64,000 bases of DNA from Antedon mediterranea (Eukaryota > Animalia > Echinodermata): positions 8,484,201 to 8,548,200 of the forward strand of contig NC_092670.1 in NCBI RefSeq assembly GCF_964355755.1. The letters are read 5' to 3'. The notes beneath the pieces were generated by a model. That model ran no database searches. It was given only the letters and a program-made list of their open reading frames with translations, and was not told the origin of the DNA. This document shows, piece by piece, positions 40,901 through 54,827 of the stretch. How positions within the stretch are numbered: position 1 is the stretch's first letter; each line of letters opens with the position of its first letter. The position numbers and the translations under genes were made by a program.

Positions 40901-43900
40901 ATAAGTTTTCATTTATCATTATCATTACAAGAACATAAAAAATTGGCGATATAGCAGAGGATAAGCCTTAAGCCTTGTCTACACTATCAAACTTTATGTG
41001 TCAAAAAAGTTTGATGTGCCTATATATGGTAGTGCTATGCTTAAATATGGTAGTGATATGACATCATCATGTCCATATATGGGCACATCACATTTTTGAT
41101 AGTGTAGACAAAGCCTTAGCTATGATGTTAATAATAATTTATTTAGACTCTAGAAGAAGAATTGACAAATTTCACAATGAAAACTGTCAAGCTAGAGAAA
41201 CTATCATGATTATTTAATATTATGATATCCATTATATATTAATAACGATATATGATGATTACTGCCTATTTTCTGAAAAGTCTGCCGGAATTTCCGCTTG
41301 GGCTGCTCCGTATATCTCTTTTACCAGTTTTTTCCAATCGGATCTTTCATTCATTCATTAATAACAATGTAAATGAATATATTATTTTTTTGTAATTTGT
41401 TGTTTTTGTGTTGGTAAAAAAATATTATCCTCTTAATAAGGGTTGAATCAACCATTTAGCACACTCAAAAGTGTCCCTGTCCCCTAATATGGGTGTCCTT
41501 GAGTAGGGGTTGACCGTAGTGTTAAAAAATATATATTGCCCCTCTTTTCTTGGGAAAGTGTCCCCTGAATAGGAGTACCCAAAGAGGAATGGTTCTACTG
41601 TAGCTTGAACTGTATGTAAAATATCTTACTATCCAATAATAAAACCATGTTTACAATTTATAATTGCTTTTATCTTCTAGGCCCTCAGCTCGAGTGCCGT
41701 CTACAACACCAGCTAGCACTCCCACTGTGGCAGCAAGTGCTTCACCTAGCACTGCTTCATCCAGAGCTAGGCCCGACACAACTAGTTCAAATCAGTCGAT
41801 TCAGTTAACTGATCTTCAGAGTATTCTTAGCACAATGAATAGTAAGGCTCTGTCACACTATCAAACTAGTTTGACAAAAAAGGTGTGATGTGCCCAAATA
41901 TGACAGTGATATGCCCAAATATGGTATTGATATGCCCAAATATGGTAGTGATATGCCCAAATATGTGTAGTGATATGACATCATGTCCATATATGGGCAC
42001 ATCATATTTTGTTGTCACATAAAGTTTGATAGTTTAGACAGAGCTTAAGGCATCCTTGTACAAAATAGAGCATGTTGTAAAAAAAATGAAAGTTGTGAAT
42101 TTTAATATTACTTTACAACTTGCGCACACCACAAAGTACAGTATGTATATCCTACCTGACTACTGTCAGTGGAGTTATTTTCACCATGGTGGCAATGTGC
42201 TAAAAGTTTTACTTTTTATTTACAAAGATAAACTCAGTGCTTTCTATTCTAAACATTCTTCACTTTTTCCAGTTTTCCAACAATTAATTAAAAAATAAAG
42301 TGCATGCAACAGGTGAATAAACTATACATGCATTCAGACAATTAATAGTTTTTATTGCTTGTAAACGTGACAAAAACCTGTAATACGTATAAACACATTA
42401 ATAGATCAACTTTATGTACATGAACTATAAAATCGTAATTAAGCTTTATGCTCTATGTCCAATAGGTGATGGTACAGTACTTATACATGCATACATACAA
42501 AGGGAAATTTGTTTCTTTAATGTTAAAAAATATTTTTTCTTTTCTTTTAGTTCCTCAACAAGAGAACCAGGCAGGTGTGTATAATTCATTCAAAATTGTC
42601 TTCATTCATTATTATTATCATTAAAAATGTCGATGAATTAAATTGAATTGATTATTTTATTTCACTGTTTGCCTTTTAATACCAGACGCTTGACAAATAA
42701 ACTTACTATGATACAGGTGATACGAAGATTAACAAAATTGACACTAGAATCTGACTTGGTTTCAGCTGTCTCAATTCGCATTTATTCTTACATGGACTTC
42801 GAGACAATCTAAATTGTACTTCATTTCTTCTGTTACTGCCCTAATTATAATACACAAAGAGATATTCTACTTGTAAGCGCTAACTCAATTATTGAGGATA
42901 TCCTAGCGAAGGATTTTTCTTTAACGTATAATTTTAAATGTTTAGGTGAAATTTTTATTTTTGGTTCCGATCTTCTTTCCAATAGTGGAAATGCTTTGTT
43001 TTATTATGTACAACAATTTCTTGTTAATTCTGGAAGATTTTATTGATGTTTCTGTTAGTTTTTTGTTTTAAAATGTATTTGTTAATCTGAGGCGTCTTGA
43101 AGCTAAGGTGGTTCCACCTTGTAAGGCGCCTCGGTGTAATTTACTGAATAAAAATAAATAAATAAATAAATAAACTTTCAAAATCTACTCTAAAAGTCTT
43201 CGTAAAGCATAAAGAAATTTGCAAGATGATGATGAGTTATAAAGTAAGTTTTTTTTCTACAGTTGATTTGACACAGGTGCTGACCCATGAAAGTATGGCA
43301 CCAATCCTAGCCAATGAGGAGGTGCAGGAGCGGTTGAAACCATTCTTACCAGAAGGAGGTTCACTTTTGGCTAAGGATTTTGCTGATATATCAACCACTA
43401 TACAATCTCCTCAGTTTCAACAGGTACTTAAATAGTTCTTGATTTATTGCTAGGCCTAGCTCACATACACACTCTACTCCACAACACAACTGTAGACCTA
43501 AGCCTGACCAATGCTTGTATTCAAAGCAACTGACCACTGCCTTTGCAGAAAAAAGCTACTGCATATAAAGTGATAGATACAGTACTTCTCACTTGATGTG
43601 TGCAACAGGTTTCTGGCAACCTCATCATCACTATTTCGACACTGGTAATGATTAAATAGTAAAGTATTTGCTTAAAATGCATGCATCTGACTATCCAAGG
43701 GAACATTTTCAAAATAATAGTAATAATAATAATATGTAAAACGAAATTAAAAAAACAAAACAAAAACCAAATGGTGACAGGTAAATTTGTTGATATTTAA
43801 AAGGTTTGTATTATACTTCAGCTGCCTTAAATGTGGATATAAAAAAACATGAAAATGCATTCATTTTGAGTTGTCATTTAAACAAACTCGTCATTGCAAC

Positions 43901-45299
43901 TGTTCAGTGAGAGGGCATGATGAATTTCCTATAAATTACAAACATGTTTAGGCTTCCACATGCATGCTTCTTACTAATGACAGTCTTGATTATTTATAGG
44001 CTGCTAGCGTTTTCTCAGCAGCATTTCAATCGGGACAACTTGGACCATTGATGGGTCAGTTTGGTCTTAATAAGGAAGCAACTGAGGCTGCCAACAGTGG
44101 AGGTAAGTTGGACATTGGTTCTGAGAACCATAGATTATGTGAATATTAAGCAAGTTAGAGTTGCAACCTTACGAATACGTAGCCAAATCTGTAAACACTT
44201 CTGTCAAACAAAATTTGTCTTACAAAATTTGTCTTACAAACTGGCACTTTCAGATCTGCCTTGAACCGGATTTTGATCATAAATATGCACAAACTAATCA
44301 ACGTCAACGTATATGAATGTAATGCATAAAAAATGTTACGAGAGCCTGCTGCTGCTTAAGGTTCTTAACCTATTATAACCTAGCCCTACATTCAGCAGTA
44401 ACATACATACATAGCAGTCTTTACTATTAACTATTTATAACCTATTTGATGGAGGCTAACAGGCAAAATTCTCAGACACACCATACAATTATGTGTATAA
44501 TATTATAACATTGATGACATCATAATTTGCAAATGGTAATGTACACAATTATAAATTTCAACATGGACGATGTCTGTATGTTTTATTGTGTGAATGTGTC
44601 CTTTTTAAAAAGTTACCATTGATTGGTGACTTTAGTTAAATTGCCTATCTGATACTATGCTGATACAGCCAACAAGTTGTTTAACTAGTATAAGTAAACA
44701 ACTATTTATTTCGGGCATTCTCTTCTCACCTATCCCTCCATTCACCAGATGGTACCGCTTGACATTGAGGTCAATTTTACTTTGTGCTCTTTTTTTTTTA
44801 TTAAACATCTATAGAACCCAAAACCCTAAATTAGAGTTTAAAAAAATAATTTAGAAATTGGACATAATTTAAAGCAACCTAATCCCCTACAAAATAAAAG
44901 AAATGGCTGCTCTATTTATTAGATATTTAATGGGCAAGTTTAACTAAGGTTTATTTTTTATCCCATTGTTGGCTTTTAAAATGCATTTGACCGTCTAGAT
45001 GTCTGTAAAGATCAAATGCATGTTCTACTTATCCTTTCATGCATGCAAATTGTAATGAACTTGCCTAGGGGTGTAGACTTGCCCAGGGGTGTCATTCCCA
45101 GGGCTTTTATTCCCAGGTTTGAGCATAAAGATATTATGTTAATTTTAATATATCTTTGTTTTGAATGAGTTTACCAATGCACAAGTCATTTATTTATTTA
45201 GATTTAGAAGCATTTGCTAAAGCTTTGTCAAAGACAACATCTGAAAAATCTACCTCTGAACAGCCAAAAGATGAAGATGAAAACATGAGTGTAGACTAA
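34932..45299 (+). CDS. ADRM1: Proteasomal ubiquitin receptor ADRM1/Rpn13 (10 coding exons)
   Basis: Exons 34932-35135, 38517-38630, 39075-39231, 39890-39973, 40548-40602, 41681-41841, 42551-42574, 43263-43423, 44000-44102 and 45202-45299 are all GT-AG and phase-compatible. The Pru domain reads LVEFKAGKM...PDKRKG...HFCWKDR...DLIIFPDD...TTGRVY..FFWLQE. The C-terminal domain reads [23 protein letters not shown] and ends MSVD*. Confidence 0.96.
35612..37765 (-). mobile_element. Degraded L2/Crack-type LINE in ADRM1 intron 1
   Basis: RT remnants [23 protein letters not shown] and [12 protein letters not shown], with a (TAAA)n tail. A MITE interrupts it. Confidence 0.85.
36460..37274. mobile_element. 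Harbinger-like MITE nested in the LINE
   Basis: Perfect 17-bp TIR AGCCCCTTTCTCACAGA / TCTGTGAGAAAGGGGCT, 3-bp TSD CTA and internal TTCTCACAGAA repeats. Confidence 0.88.
39732..39863 (+). repeat. Tandem duplication of ~62 bp just upstream of an ADRM1 acceptor
   Basis: AATTATCATTTACATTACCTGTAATTATGATTGTGTGTGTGGCTGTAAACAATGCTTTTCT occurs twice. Confidence 0.85.
40691..40927 (+). mobile_element. L2-type LINE 3' end (shorter copy at ~39560-39655)
   Basis: Encodes [18 protein letters not shown]...FKTNLKT, followed by GCACAAAGCGCCATGAG...GCGCTATATAAG and a (TTA/TCA)n tail. Confidence 0.8.
41846..42045. mobile_element. Harbinger-like MITE inserted in a splice donor
   Basis: TIRs GGCTCTGTC.CACTATCAAAC / GTTTGATAGTTTAGACAGAGCT with TSD TAA (41843-41845, 42046-42048). 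Confidence 0.85.
42680..43174 (+). mobile_element. Degraded CR1/L2-group LINE 3' fragment
   Basis: Remnant HFFCYCPNY...RDILL coding sequence, a 3' stem-loop GAGGCG...CGCCTC and a (TAAA)n tail. Confidence 0.55.
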
Positions 45300-47308
45300 A
45301 GTGGTTCAAGACAACAATATTACTCAATGTTTGTGTGCAGGTATAGAGTACACAGTGAATACAGTATAATAATTTAGATTGAAGAAATCAATATTCTAAG
45401 AAAGCTACGACATGTGGATAATATTAAATCAAATGTTTAAAATATTAAAAAGAAATTAAAAATGTTTGTGCCATTATGTTATTAAGATACAGTATAATAA
45501 AATTAGAGTTTGAGCAGAAATTGTTTTATTTTTTATCAACTCATTGTATTTATCACACATTACAGTCTTGCAAATAAATGTTAGCATAATAACTATACAA
45601 AATCAAGAGCTGAATTACATTTGTTATACTGAGTTCAGTTTTACCACTAAAGCGCTTCATTTACGACAAATTTCCCAGTTTCTCGGTTTGTATTCAACCT
45701 TTTAAAAGACCATTGCCCAGGCGAGATAATGGATGGACGCTCAAAACGATGAGTTTCCAATCGCATACTTCATAATCTGATTAGTGTGCTCTTTATATTT
45801 ACTGCCTAGCAGAATTATTTATTACTGTTAATTATTAGCTATCACTATCTCTTAATTATTTTTTTTTTCTTACACAAACACAGAAGAATACTTGAGAATA
45901 TTCAGTGTATTTTGAACAAGTCTATATAAACCATGGTTTACTATAATTTTGATACAGATCATTGATTTAAGCCTTTAAAACTTTAAAACTTTATGTGACA
46001 AATATGCGATGTGCGCATATATGGACATGATGCTGTCATATCACTGCCATATTTAGACACATCACACTTTATTTTGCCAAACTAGTGTAGACAAAGCGTA
46101 TAACATATGATGGAATGTAGTTAAAAGAAGCTTTGTTAATATAATGCTCTACCAGCACAGATCTAATGCAAGTCTTAACTGTATAACAAAAGCGTTTTGG
46201 CAGTGGACTTTATACCTGAACTAGTCTGCAAATTATTTCAAGATTAATTGACAAACTGTACCATATTTACGGTAATTATTTGCAGATCACCATTGATATC
46301 TGTTCTTGTTTACAAAGTTTTCTTGCCTTATTCTTCTTACCATCATAATTCAGGACAAATAACACACATGAAATAAACCCTGACTTGCTATTTACAGTAA
46401 GCAATTGCCAACAAATTAATAATTAATCTAGCACCATTGAGTTGGCATTTTATTTCTGTATGAATAAACAATACCCATACATTCTGTATATAAAACCATG
46501 ATTAAATTACTGAAGTTGTCTGCTGAAACTTTAATGCTGTCTTCAGAACAAAGCCTTAAAAAGGGCCTGTTTTTTTTCTAGAATGGATGACTATAAATAG
46601 ATAAATACTGTATTTACATTTGTCCTACAGAAAGCTAATTCATATACAGTATATTACTTTTAGAAAGCAAAAAGAAACCAAGTTCCATTCAACAGTTAGC
46701 TATCCTATATAGTGATGATAATCTTTTATTTTTTATGTCATTCGATGAAAATAATATTTTTTTAAATCCAATCAAATGGCTTCATGAATAAACAATAATA
46801 TTTAAATAAAAATTGTATTGATATTGACGTCATTTGATTGGACGAATATGGTAAAAATTGTAATCCTTTCAAGGATGAAAACTTGTGTCAATTGTTTTTC
46901 TGCAGGAAAATGTATAGTGTATTTTTTTATACAGTATATCTATCTAATGCAATTGTTATAAATCGTCTATATGTAGTATTTATCAGGCCAATATAGTACA
47001 GTAGCTAATCAAGTCATTTAAATGCTTTTAACACAGTTTAAACAAACTTCGCTATTTATACTTTAAAAGGTGCTGCACAATATTATTGAAATGAATACCA
47101 AATATTAGACAGTTAGTCTACTCTTGTGCCAGTTAATATTTTAATCAAAGGTCACCATAGGTTTATTAAACTATTGACCTGAAAGAAATATTGTTATGAA
47201 TTAATAATTTCTAACCCTCATATAATAGTTGTGAACTTCAAAATGAGTTCAATTATGTAATTATTGATTCATATGATTTTTTTTTAAATTAACCCTTCAA
47301 AAACGTGC

Positions 47309-50300
47309 TCAGTTCTTCTTTCCGTGACCGACGAATTCATCCATACTTTGAAGAACGCCGAAAAAGTTTGCAACTTTGAGCAGTACTTCCACTGGCAAAA
47401 TTCTGTGAAAAAAATAGTATGAATGAATTTAATTCACTTTTTATTTAAATGAGTTTATTCTTATAATCCTCTCTTTTCTCAGCTTTCTGATATTGAAAAC
47501 ACTTATTTTTTCTACTTTATTTTAGCTAAAGGTATTTTTAAATGATGAAAAATACTGATAGCTATACTCAAAATTGCCTTGTACTGCAGTATTGTTATTT
47601 GAAAGGTGAAAGTAATAAATGTTTATTGCCTGTGAACTCTGTTAGCTGTAAAATATTAGAGCCATCACCAATGCTTTATGAGCGATGTAACAAACTCCTC
47701 TGATTTTAAAGTGTTAATACTATAAGATATTAGTGGGAAACAAGCTTAAAGCATATAAAACAAACACTTGATTTCTTAACATTAAGCTGCTTTCACATTG
47801 CGAAAATATTGCGAGCGTTGAGCTTGCTTTGACATTGATAGCATGAATTCGGTATAAATCCAATGTCATAAGATAAATTGGCCTTAAACCTTTTTACTCG
47901 GGGTACCCGAGTCTAGGACTTACTCATTTTCTCCTCCATCTGGACACTATTGAGTAAAAAGTGCGATTTTTAAAGTACTACTCCTCCCTTATTAGTTGTA
48001 GTATTGAGCTGGGATTTAGCATGAATATACTACAGGGACATGTCCTCAAATCTATAGATTTTTAAATTTCAAACCGGATGCAGCCATATGACGTCTCGAA
48101 GATGATACCATATAGCCGTATTTGGTAGGTTATTGATGTGTATGTGACGTCGCATCCCGTCTTATGACGTCATTACAGCTTCATTTGCTGTATCCCGAGT
48201 ATCACACATTCGTGCTTTTTTGTTAATTAATTTGTTTAATTAAGAAGCCACAATGTGCAACACACACCACAGCGTTATGTAGTTATATGCGGCTTCTTGG
48301 CGTAGTGGTTATCACGTTTGCTTAACACGCAGAAGGTACCTGGTTCGAGCCCGGGCGAAACCTTTTTTTCCTTAAATTTATGGTGAAATATACTGTATAT
48401 GTAATATGATAATTATACAGAGTATATCAAATTTTTATTATTTTTTAAAATACTTATTTTGTGTAATCGGTAATTATCACTTTTACACATGTTTATTTTG
48501 CTTTGTGCTTATTACCATTTATTTGTAATTTAAATGGATTAAAAAACTTTCTGTAACCCACATTTTTAGTGTAAGAGGTTTCGTAGTGTAGTGGTTGTCA
48601 AGTCTGCTTAACACGCAGAAGGTCCCGGTTCGAGCCCTGGCGAAACCTATTTTTCTTTAACTTTATGGTGAAATATACTGTATACGTAATATGATATAGA
48701 GTATCTCGTTTTATTACTCGGGGTACCTGAGTCTAGGACTCTCTCATCTTTTCCTCTTCTTCTTCCATCCGGACACTATTGAGCAAAAAGTGCGATTTAT
48801 AAAGTACTACTCCTCCCTTATTCGTTGTAGTATTGAGCTCGGATTTAGCATGAATATACTACAGGGACATGTCCTCAAAACTATAGAGCCGGATTTTTTA
48901 ATTTCATACCGGATGCAGCCATATGACGTCTCGAAGATGGTACCGTATAGCCGTATTTGGTAGCGCGGTTATTGATGTGTATGTGACATTACATCCGGTC
49001 TTATGACGTCATTACAGCTTCTTTCGCTGTACCCCGAGTATTGCACATTCGTGCTTGTTTTTTATGTTTACCAGTAAGTGATCTATGGAACCCACACCAC
49101 TATTCCAATCAACAGGTCAAACATGTTGGTGTTAAACGTTGTATAAGAATACACAGTGTAACATTAGTAACATCAATTAATGTTAAGCTCTGTTTACACT
49201 ATCAAACTAGTTTGACAAAAAAAAGTGTGATGTGTCCAAATATGGTATTGTGTGTCCATATATGGGCATATCACATTTTTGTTGTCATATAAAGTTTGAT
49301 AGTGTAGACAGAGCTTTATGTACAAGCGAGAATCTTTCAATTCACTAATATCACATACTGGGACATTTTGGTGGGTCATGGTAGTGGTACAGTATGGTAG
49401 ACAAAATACTCTATCAATAAAATATGTTAAAATACACAAGAAATTACAAGAAGCACAACAATAAACATGATATGGCAGGTACCATGGATTTAATTTGAAG
49501 AGATACATAGCTTGTCTTCTCCATGCATGCGAGATACTCACGTTTTAAGATACACAAAAACGTGCATGATCCAAGGTAAGACTAAAACCTCTTGATTAGT
49601 GACGACAGCATCTACCACTCTCTTGCCAACAGATGTGGGTGACAGGCTAGGTAGTATGAATGGATATCTATAATGAAAAGTATACAATGTTCTAGTACCA
49701 ATATCCAAAGTAATCTCAATGGGCCTTTTGCTTGAATGAACATTAGAATGGGTTTATGAAATATGTGGAGTGAAAAAAAGACAGCAAACTACACCATTAT
49801 TTATGTGATGCTCTTAGAGTTGCTCTAAGTTGTTCTAGTTTTAGTTGTTGTTGTTGTTGTTATTATTTCTTTACTATGTGTACCACTAGTCAATGGCACA
49901 TAGTACAGCATCTCGGTCTGTATTCTAGCTCAAATATTATACATATGAAACGCCAAAATAATCATCATAAGTCAAATCACTGTCTAGAACCTAGACCAGA
50001 TGTGTTTCATGAATAGAAAGGTAAATGAACAAATATTTTCTTGATACGGATAGTCTGTGAATATTAGGAATAAAAAAAGTTGTTTTTGAGATGTTCCATA
50101 AAAATATTCAAATTGTAAGTTGTTGCAATTGGTATTTTTTTAAATTTTAAATAGCCGCCTATAAAATAAAGTTGTCAAATTGAAAAAAAAGCCCTTTAAC
50201 ATTTGCCACAATATTTTTTATGAACTAAAACAGATATTTATTTGAGCTAATTTCCTGTTTTGCATAAATTCACCCAAATTCCTTCTTTTCTATAAAGCTC

Positions 50301-53300
50301 TGTCTACTATATTCCATGTACCGTACTGTAGCCTTCTTTAAAATTACCAACATTAACAGGTCAATGCTACTGTAGCAGCTGAAGCAGTTCTCAAAGCAGC
50401 AGCATTGATGTTCAAAGATATTAAACAAAATTTCAAAACTGTAGTAACAGGCATGATCAATGCTGCAAAACAGATTATAATTTATAGCAATTTTCAACAA
50501 TCAAAACTCTTTTTGCTCTCCAACAAAAACAAAAGGCTGTTCACACAATCTCTCTAATTAATAAATATTATTAAACAGTCAAATAGAAGCCCTCTTTTTG
50601 TATACACTATTAAAGGGGAAACTTTCCTGTGAAACAACAAGGGGAAACACTATTTCCAGCCCCCTATTCAGGGACCTATTAAGGCGACTTTGTTGGGTCC
50701 TGAAGGTATCCTCTAAATACTGTGGAGTTCTACTACACTGTATACAGACCTGCCAACATTTACAATGCAAGTGGAACAGCAGTGTAATGTCTGGCTTTAA
50801 ATATTTTACAATGGGTGCACCTTCCATCCAGATTAAAGTTAACTTTAAAACAGAGTACAGTTAGGAAAGGGGAAAAAAGAATCAGAATAAATTGCTACTG
50901 TAAACGTTATCAACATTGTTTACAGTAGAACTCCTACTTATACAGTTAAATAATAGTCCCCTGAATAGGGGTTGGCTTGTTTGTAGTGTTAAAACATTAT
51001 TTTCCCCTCTACCTACAGTATTCTCCAGGAAGTGTGCAATAGGGGTGTGTCTACTGAATGCTTTTGGATATAATTTCTTATTGTGCATTTTTATCCATAG
51101 GTGTAAAAACATCTGTTCTAAGTCAAGAATAATGGGATTTGTATAATGTATGGATACAGTTAAGACAAACATTCATGGAAACCTAAAACCGAATAAAATG
51201 AACACCTTTTTATAAAATTCAAACAATATTCAAGGTACTATAGAATATTCAACTATAATTTTACTTTGTGCAAACTAACCTACAGTATTTTTTGTATGTT
51301 TGATCAAAAGGGCATTAAAGGTAATTATAATATCACCCCTGGATACAGTATATTCAATTTGTGTATTTGCCCCAATTATGAAAGATCAAACGTGTGATTG
51401 ATGGTGTTATTCATTTAGAAGCCAGCACAATGCTTTGCAAGGGTAAATAAACTCTTTATCAAACTTGGTCAAAAAAGATTAAAGATTATACAGATTGCAA
51501 TTCATTGATATTCATGAGTTTGTGTGTAGATTAGTCTACTTGGGATGTTAATGAATACATTGACATGATTTATATCAATTTTGTTTTAGCATAAATACAT
51601 ATTATATACAGATAACTAATCTAAGTCTATGAACACAGCTGCAAATAGACATACTATAAATACATTAACATTTTCTAATAGAATACTTCTCCATATAGGC
51701 CTCTTGGTCAAAATAAAATACAAAAAAAAGTAGTATATTTATAGTAACAGGATCTGGCCTGATAGATACATTATATCATCTCTCAATCGTTTGTGGATAA
51801 TATTTGGGTATATTATTTTCAACAATAAAGAAAAGTTTAATTTTATATAGCATATGCTGCACCATATTTCAGTTCAATTATTAATATTTCGTCAAGCACT
51901 CTGGCTCGAAAATTGTCTTGCTTGTCACTTATATAAACATAAGAAAATATGATAAAATGGCTAAAATACAGACAGTACAACAGGGTCAGAATACAAATGC
52001 AACAATACTAACATTTCAAGAAAGGTTAAAACAAAAAAATATCATATGGTTAGAGTTCATATACAGTATGTATATAAAAATTGGATTTAAAAAATGTTCT
52101 CCTGACAAAGTTTTCATTAAAAAGCCTCATGAGTCGTATTTATTAATATGTAACCATGTAATGTTTCAGAGAGCATAAACATTCCCTCCTCCACAACCCC
52201 ATCTTTTTCTCCATGATGCAACTAATACAGAATACTAACTTTATTTTGACACCTTTGAACATTTCTGTAGTGATGTGATACGGGTTAACCAGGGTGAATT
52301 TCACGTCTGTAGCGCCCTCAGCTAGAGCTTCTAAGCACACCGATTCATGGAAACCCTGCGCTGCAAACTTGCTCATACAGTAGTCGCTAAGTCTAACAAG
52401 CCCAAAATTGCCAGCAATACTCGCAATGGTTACAACATGTCCATGGTTGGTTGATATCATATGCGGCAAAAAAGCTTTAATCATCTAAAATTAAAACAAA
52501 ACGAAAATAAAAAAATGGTTTAATTAAAAAAACTGCAAAAATGAATTTCAAGAAGCTGTATATAATTGCAGCATGTTGCAGGGGGGGAATACTGTCATAT
52601 GGGTTTGTGGGGAGTTGGGTTTCGAGGGCCGGACACCAACCTTCTCAGTATAGCGAACAGTAGGTGGATTGGAATTATTTATACATTATTAAGCGGTTGT
52701 TAAAGATAGTCTTCGAGACAGTGTAGTTATTGTAGAAGGGCACAATAATAATATTATTGTTAAACATTTCATTCAGCACTGTATTACAAAAACAAAGATA
52801 TTTTTTATATTTTATAATAAAAAGGAAACGAAAGTCTCACTCACCCAAACGTGAGCTAGTGAGTTTATCTCTATTGTTTTAATAATGGATTCGTCTGGAA
52901 TATCCATCAGTCGTTTTCCCGAAACAATACCCGCATTGTTTACCAAAATATCTATCTCCCCTACTTCCTCTTTCACTTTTCGTGCAACACGATAGACATC
53001 TTCACGTTTAGATACATCGCATTTAAAAGTAGAAACCTTAGCTCCGATTTCCTTGACAGCATCAGCAGTTTTCCTATTAGCTACATCATTTATATCCCAC
53101 AGCACTAATTCAGCACCCTTTCGGGCAAATTGTGTAGCGATATGAAATCCTAGGCCTCCGCCAGCTCCAGTAATGAGCACACGTTCTCCGGCCACGGACT
53201 TGGCAATCCAAGAGGCTGGAAGAAAAAATCGCAATGTCGAGCGTAGTATCTCCCATAATATCTGTAAATTTAGTATAATGAAATCAGCAATGGCATTCAT
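47309..53300 (-). CDS. SDR16C-family short-chain dehydrogenase (RDH10/epidermal retinol dehydrogenase 2-like)
   Basis: Exons 53300-52845, 52484-52240, 49667-49542 and 47402-47309 are GT-AG and in phase. Motifs are VLITGAGGGLG, LWDIN, ILVNNAGI and catalytic YCMSK, with a C-terminal MDEFVG. Confidence 0.93.
47891..48221 (+). mobile_element. Helentron-associated (DINE/HINE-like) non-autonomous element
   Basis: Starts in a T-run, has subterminal inverted repeats TACTCGGG / CCCGAGTA, and ends with the short stem CACATTCGTG and a T-run. A second copy is at 48709-49063. Confidence 0.65.
48291..48363 (+). tRNA. tRNA-Val(AAC)-like, probable pseudogene
   Basis: 73 nt with A/B boxes, anticodon AAC at 48324-48326 and a T-run terminator. 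The acceptor stem has two mismatches. Confidence 0.75.
48577..48648 (+). tRNA. tRNA-Val(AAC)-like, probable pseudogene
   Basis: Perfect acceptor stem GGTTTCG/CGAAACC and anticodon arm TCTGC-TTAACAC-GCAGA. It has a D-stem mismatch and a 1-nt deletion at the T-stem. Confidence 0.75.
48709..49063 (+). mobile_element. Second Helentron-associated (HINE-like) copy
   Basis: High similarity to 47891-48221. Confidence 0.65.
49186..49315. mobile_element. Harbinger-like MITE
   Basis: AGCTCTGTTTACACTATCAAACT...AGTTTGATAGTGTAGACAGAGCT with TSD TTA. Confidence 0.85.
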
Positions 53301-54808
53301 TTTGTTGCAGGGTGTTAAATCGTTGGCCTAAGTATCTATAATCAGTAGTAAGCTAGGCCTAGATATAGGCCTAGTATCAAAGTACAGTGCGCACTAAATA
53401 ATAGTAAAAATAGGCTATTATTATACACGCATCAAACACACACACAAACCACACACCGCGAAAAATAAAACTTCAAGTTGAGTTGAAAATGTATGTCAAA
53501 GTTCAGAATGGTACATTATTACGTACACGTCGTCAGCTTGATTTATGAAGTGATTGGATAAAAAAAACAATGTTCAGAAGAGAAAGCACATGGCATGTCT
53601 CCGTGGGGGGCGGGGCTATTATAAAGATATTATGTCAAAATACTATACTACCCATGGAGCTATAACATTTTATAGCTCTATGACTACACTATATAGATTT
53701 ATAAAGCGCTTTTCCAAAACAAAATTAATTAGAGCAGTATATAAGGACAAAATTATTTCCTAAGGGAAAAGAAAACTTTTTCTTCTAAATACATTATTAA
53801 TGTGTATTTATATATTTTTTTCATATAATTTGATATCTTAAATATGTCTATTTTTGTGTCTATGTAATTTTTACACATACATACACTAACAGTCACTACA
53901 AGGATATGGATCTAATGCATGCAGTTTATATTATATTAAGACCAAAAAACAATACTCAACAAACTGAATATTATGTCGCATACTGTATTTTTTGTTTGAA
54001 TTAATTATTTTTAATCGTATTTTAATTGTATTTTACACTGGCCTATTTTACCAATTAATGGCATGTATCATTTTTTTTTTTTTTGATGTATTGTCTTTTT
54101 GCCTGAGAAAAATTAATTTCCATTTTAAGTGAACCCCTTAAACTTTTAGGTTGATTTTATCAAATTTGTATAATAAAAATATAATAATATATTAATAATT
54201 ATATTTGAAATAGTGTATTAATTGAAATTTGTATATTCAATTCAATTCAACAACAACATTTAGTTCATCAATGGCTCAGTATAACTAACAAATAGTAAAA
54301 AAGATATCAAATAGATTGATATAAAGAAACCATAATAGGATCATTACTAGAAGATCTTGAAAGAAGAAAATCTTGTCACGTAAGACCCTTTTAGAGTAAT
54401 GATTTATACATTGTTGATTTACAGACTAAACAAATCAAAATTTGATCAATAAAATCAATAAAACAAACAAAAAACAGAATAGTAATATAAATAATAATAG
54501 TTATATTCATGAACGCTTTAATACAATGATAGGAAATATCTTTTTAATTTATTCCGAAAGGTAAAAAGAGAAGTTTTAATAGTGACATATTTACTACTTA
54601 GCAATATTCTAGAGGGCGGTAATATAAGCCATTGATTTTATATTATAATACAGATATTTTAACGAAGAAAGAGAAAATGATTTTTATATCTAAATGATTC
54701 AATATAAATAATTTTATAATTTATATATTTTATTCCTTTGGTAGTTATGAGATTTAAAATAAATTAACAATAAATTATTTAGATACAAAATTGTTTAGAA
54801 TCAAGTGG

Positions 54809-54818
54809 CCTTTTCTCT
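54809..54818 (+). promoter_or_regulatory. TCT/5'-TOP pyrimidine initiator of RPL7
   Basis: CCTTTTCTCT lies ~10 nt upstream of the ATG, typical of ribosomal protein genes. Confidence 0.7.
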
Positions 54819-54827
54819 AGTACAAAC

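Noticed and set aside
45740-45810. Possible extra minus-strand terminal exon
   Set aside because: It is short, has a weak acceptor and no recognisable homology, and the SDR gene already terminates at 47309.
50570-50960. ORFs in SDR intron 2
   Set aside because: They overlap degenerate CAGT...ACTG MITE-like relics and have no coding signature.
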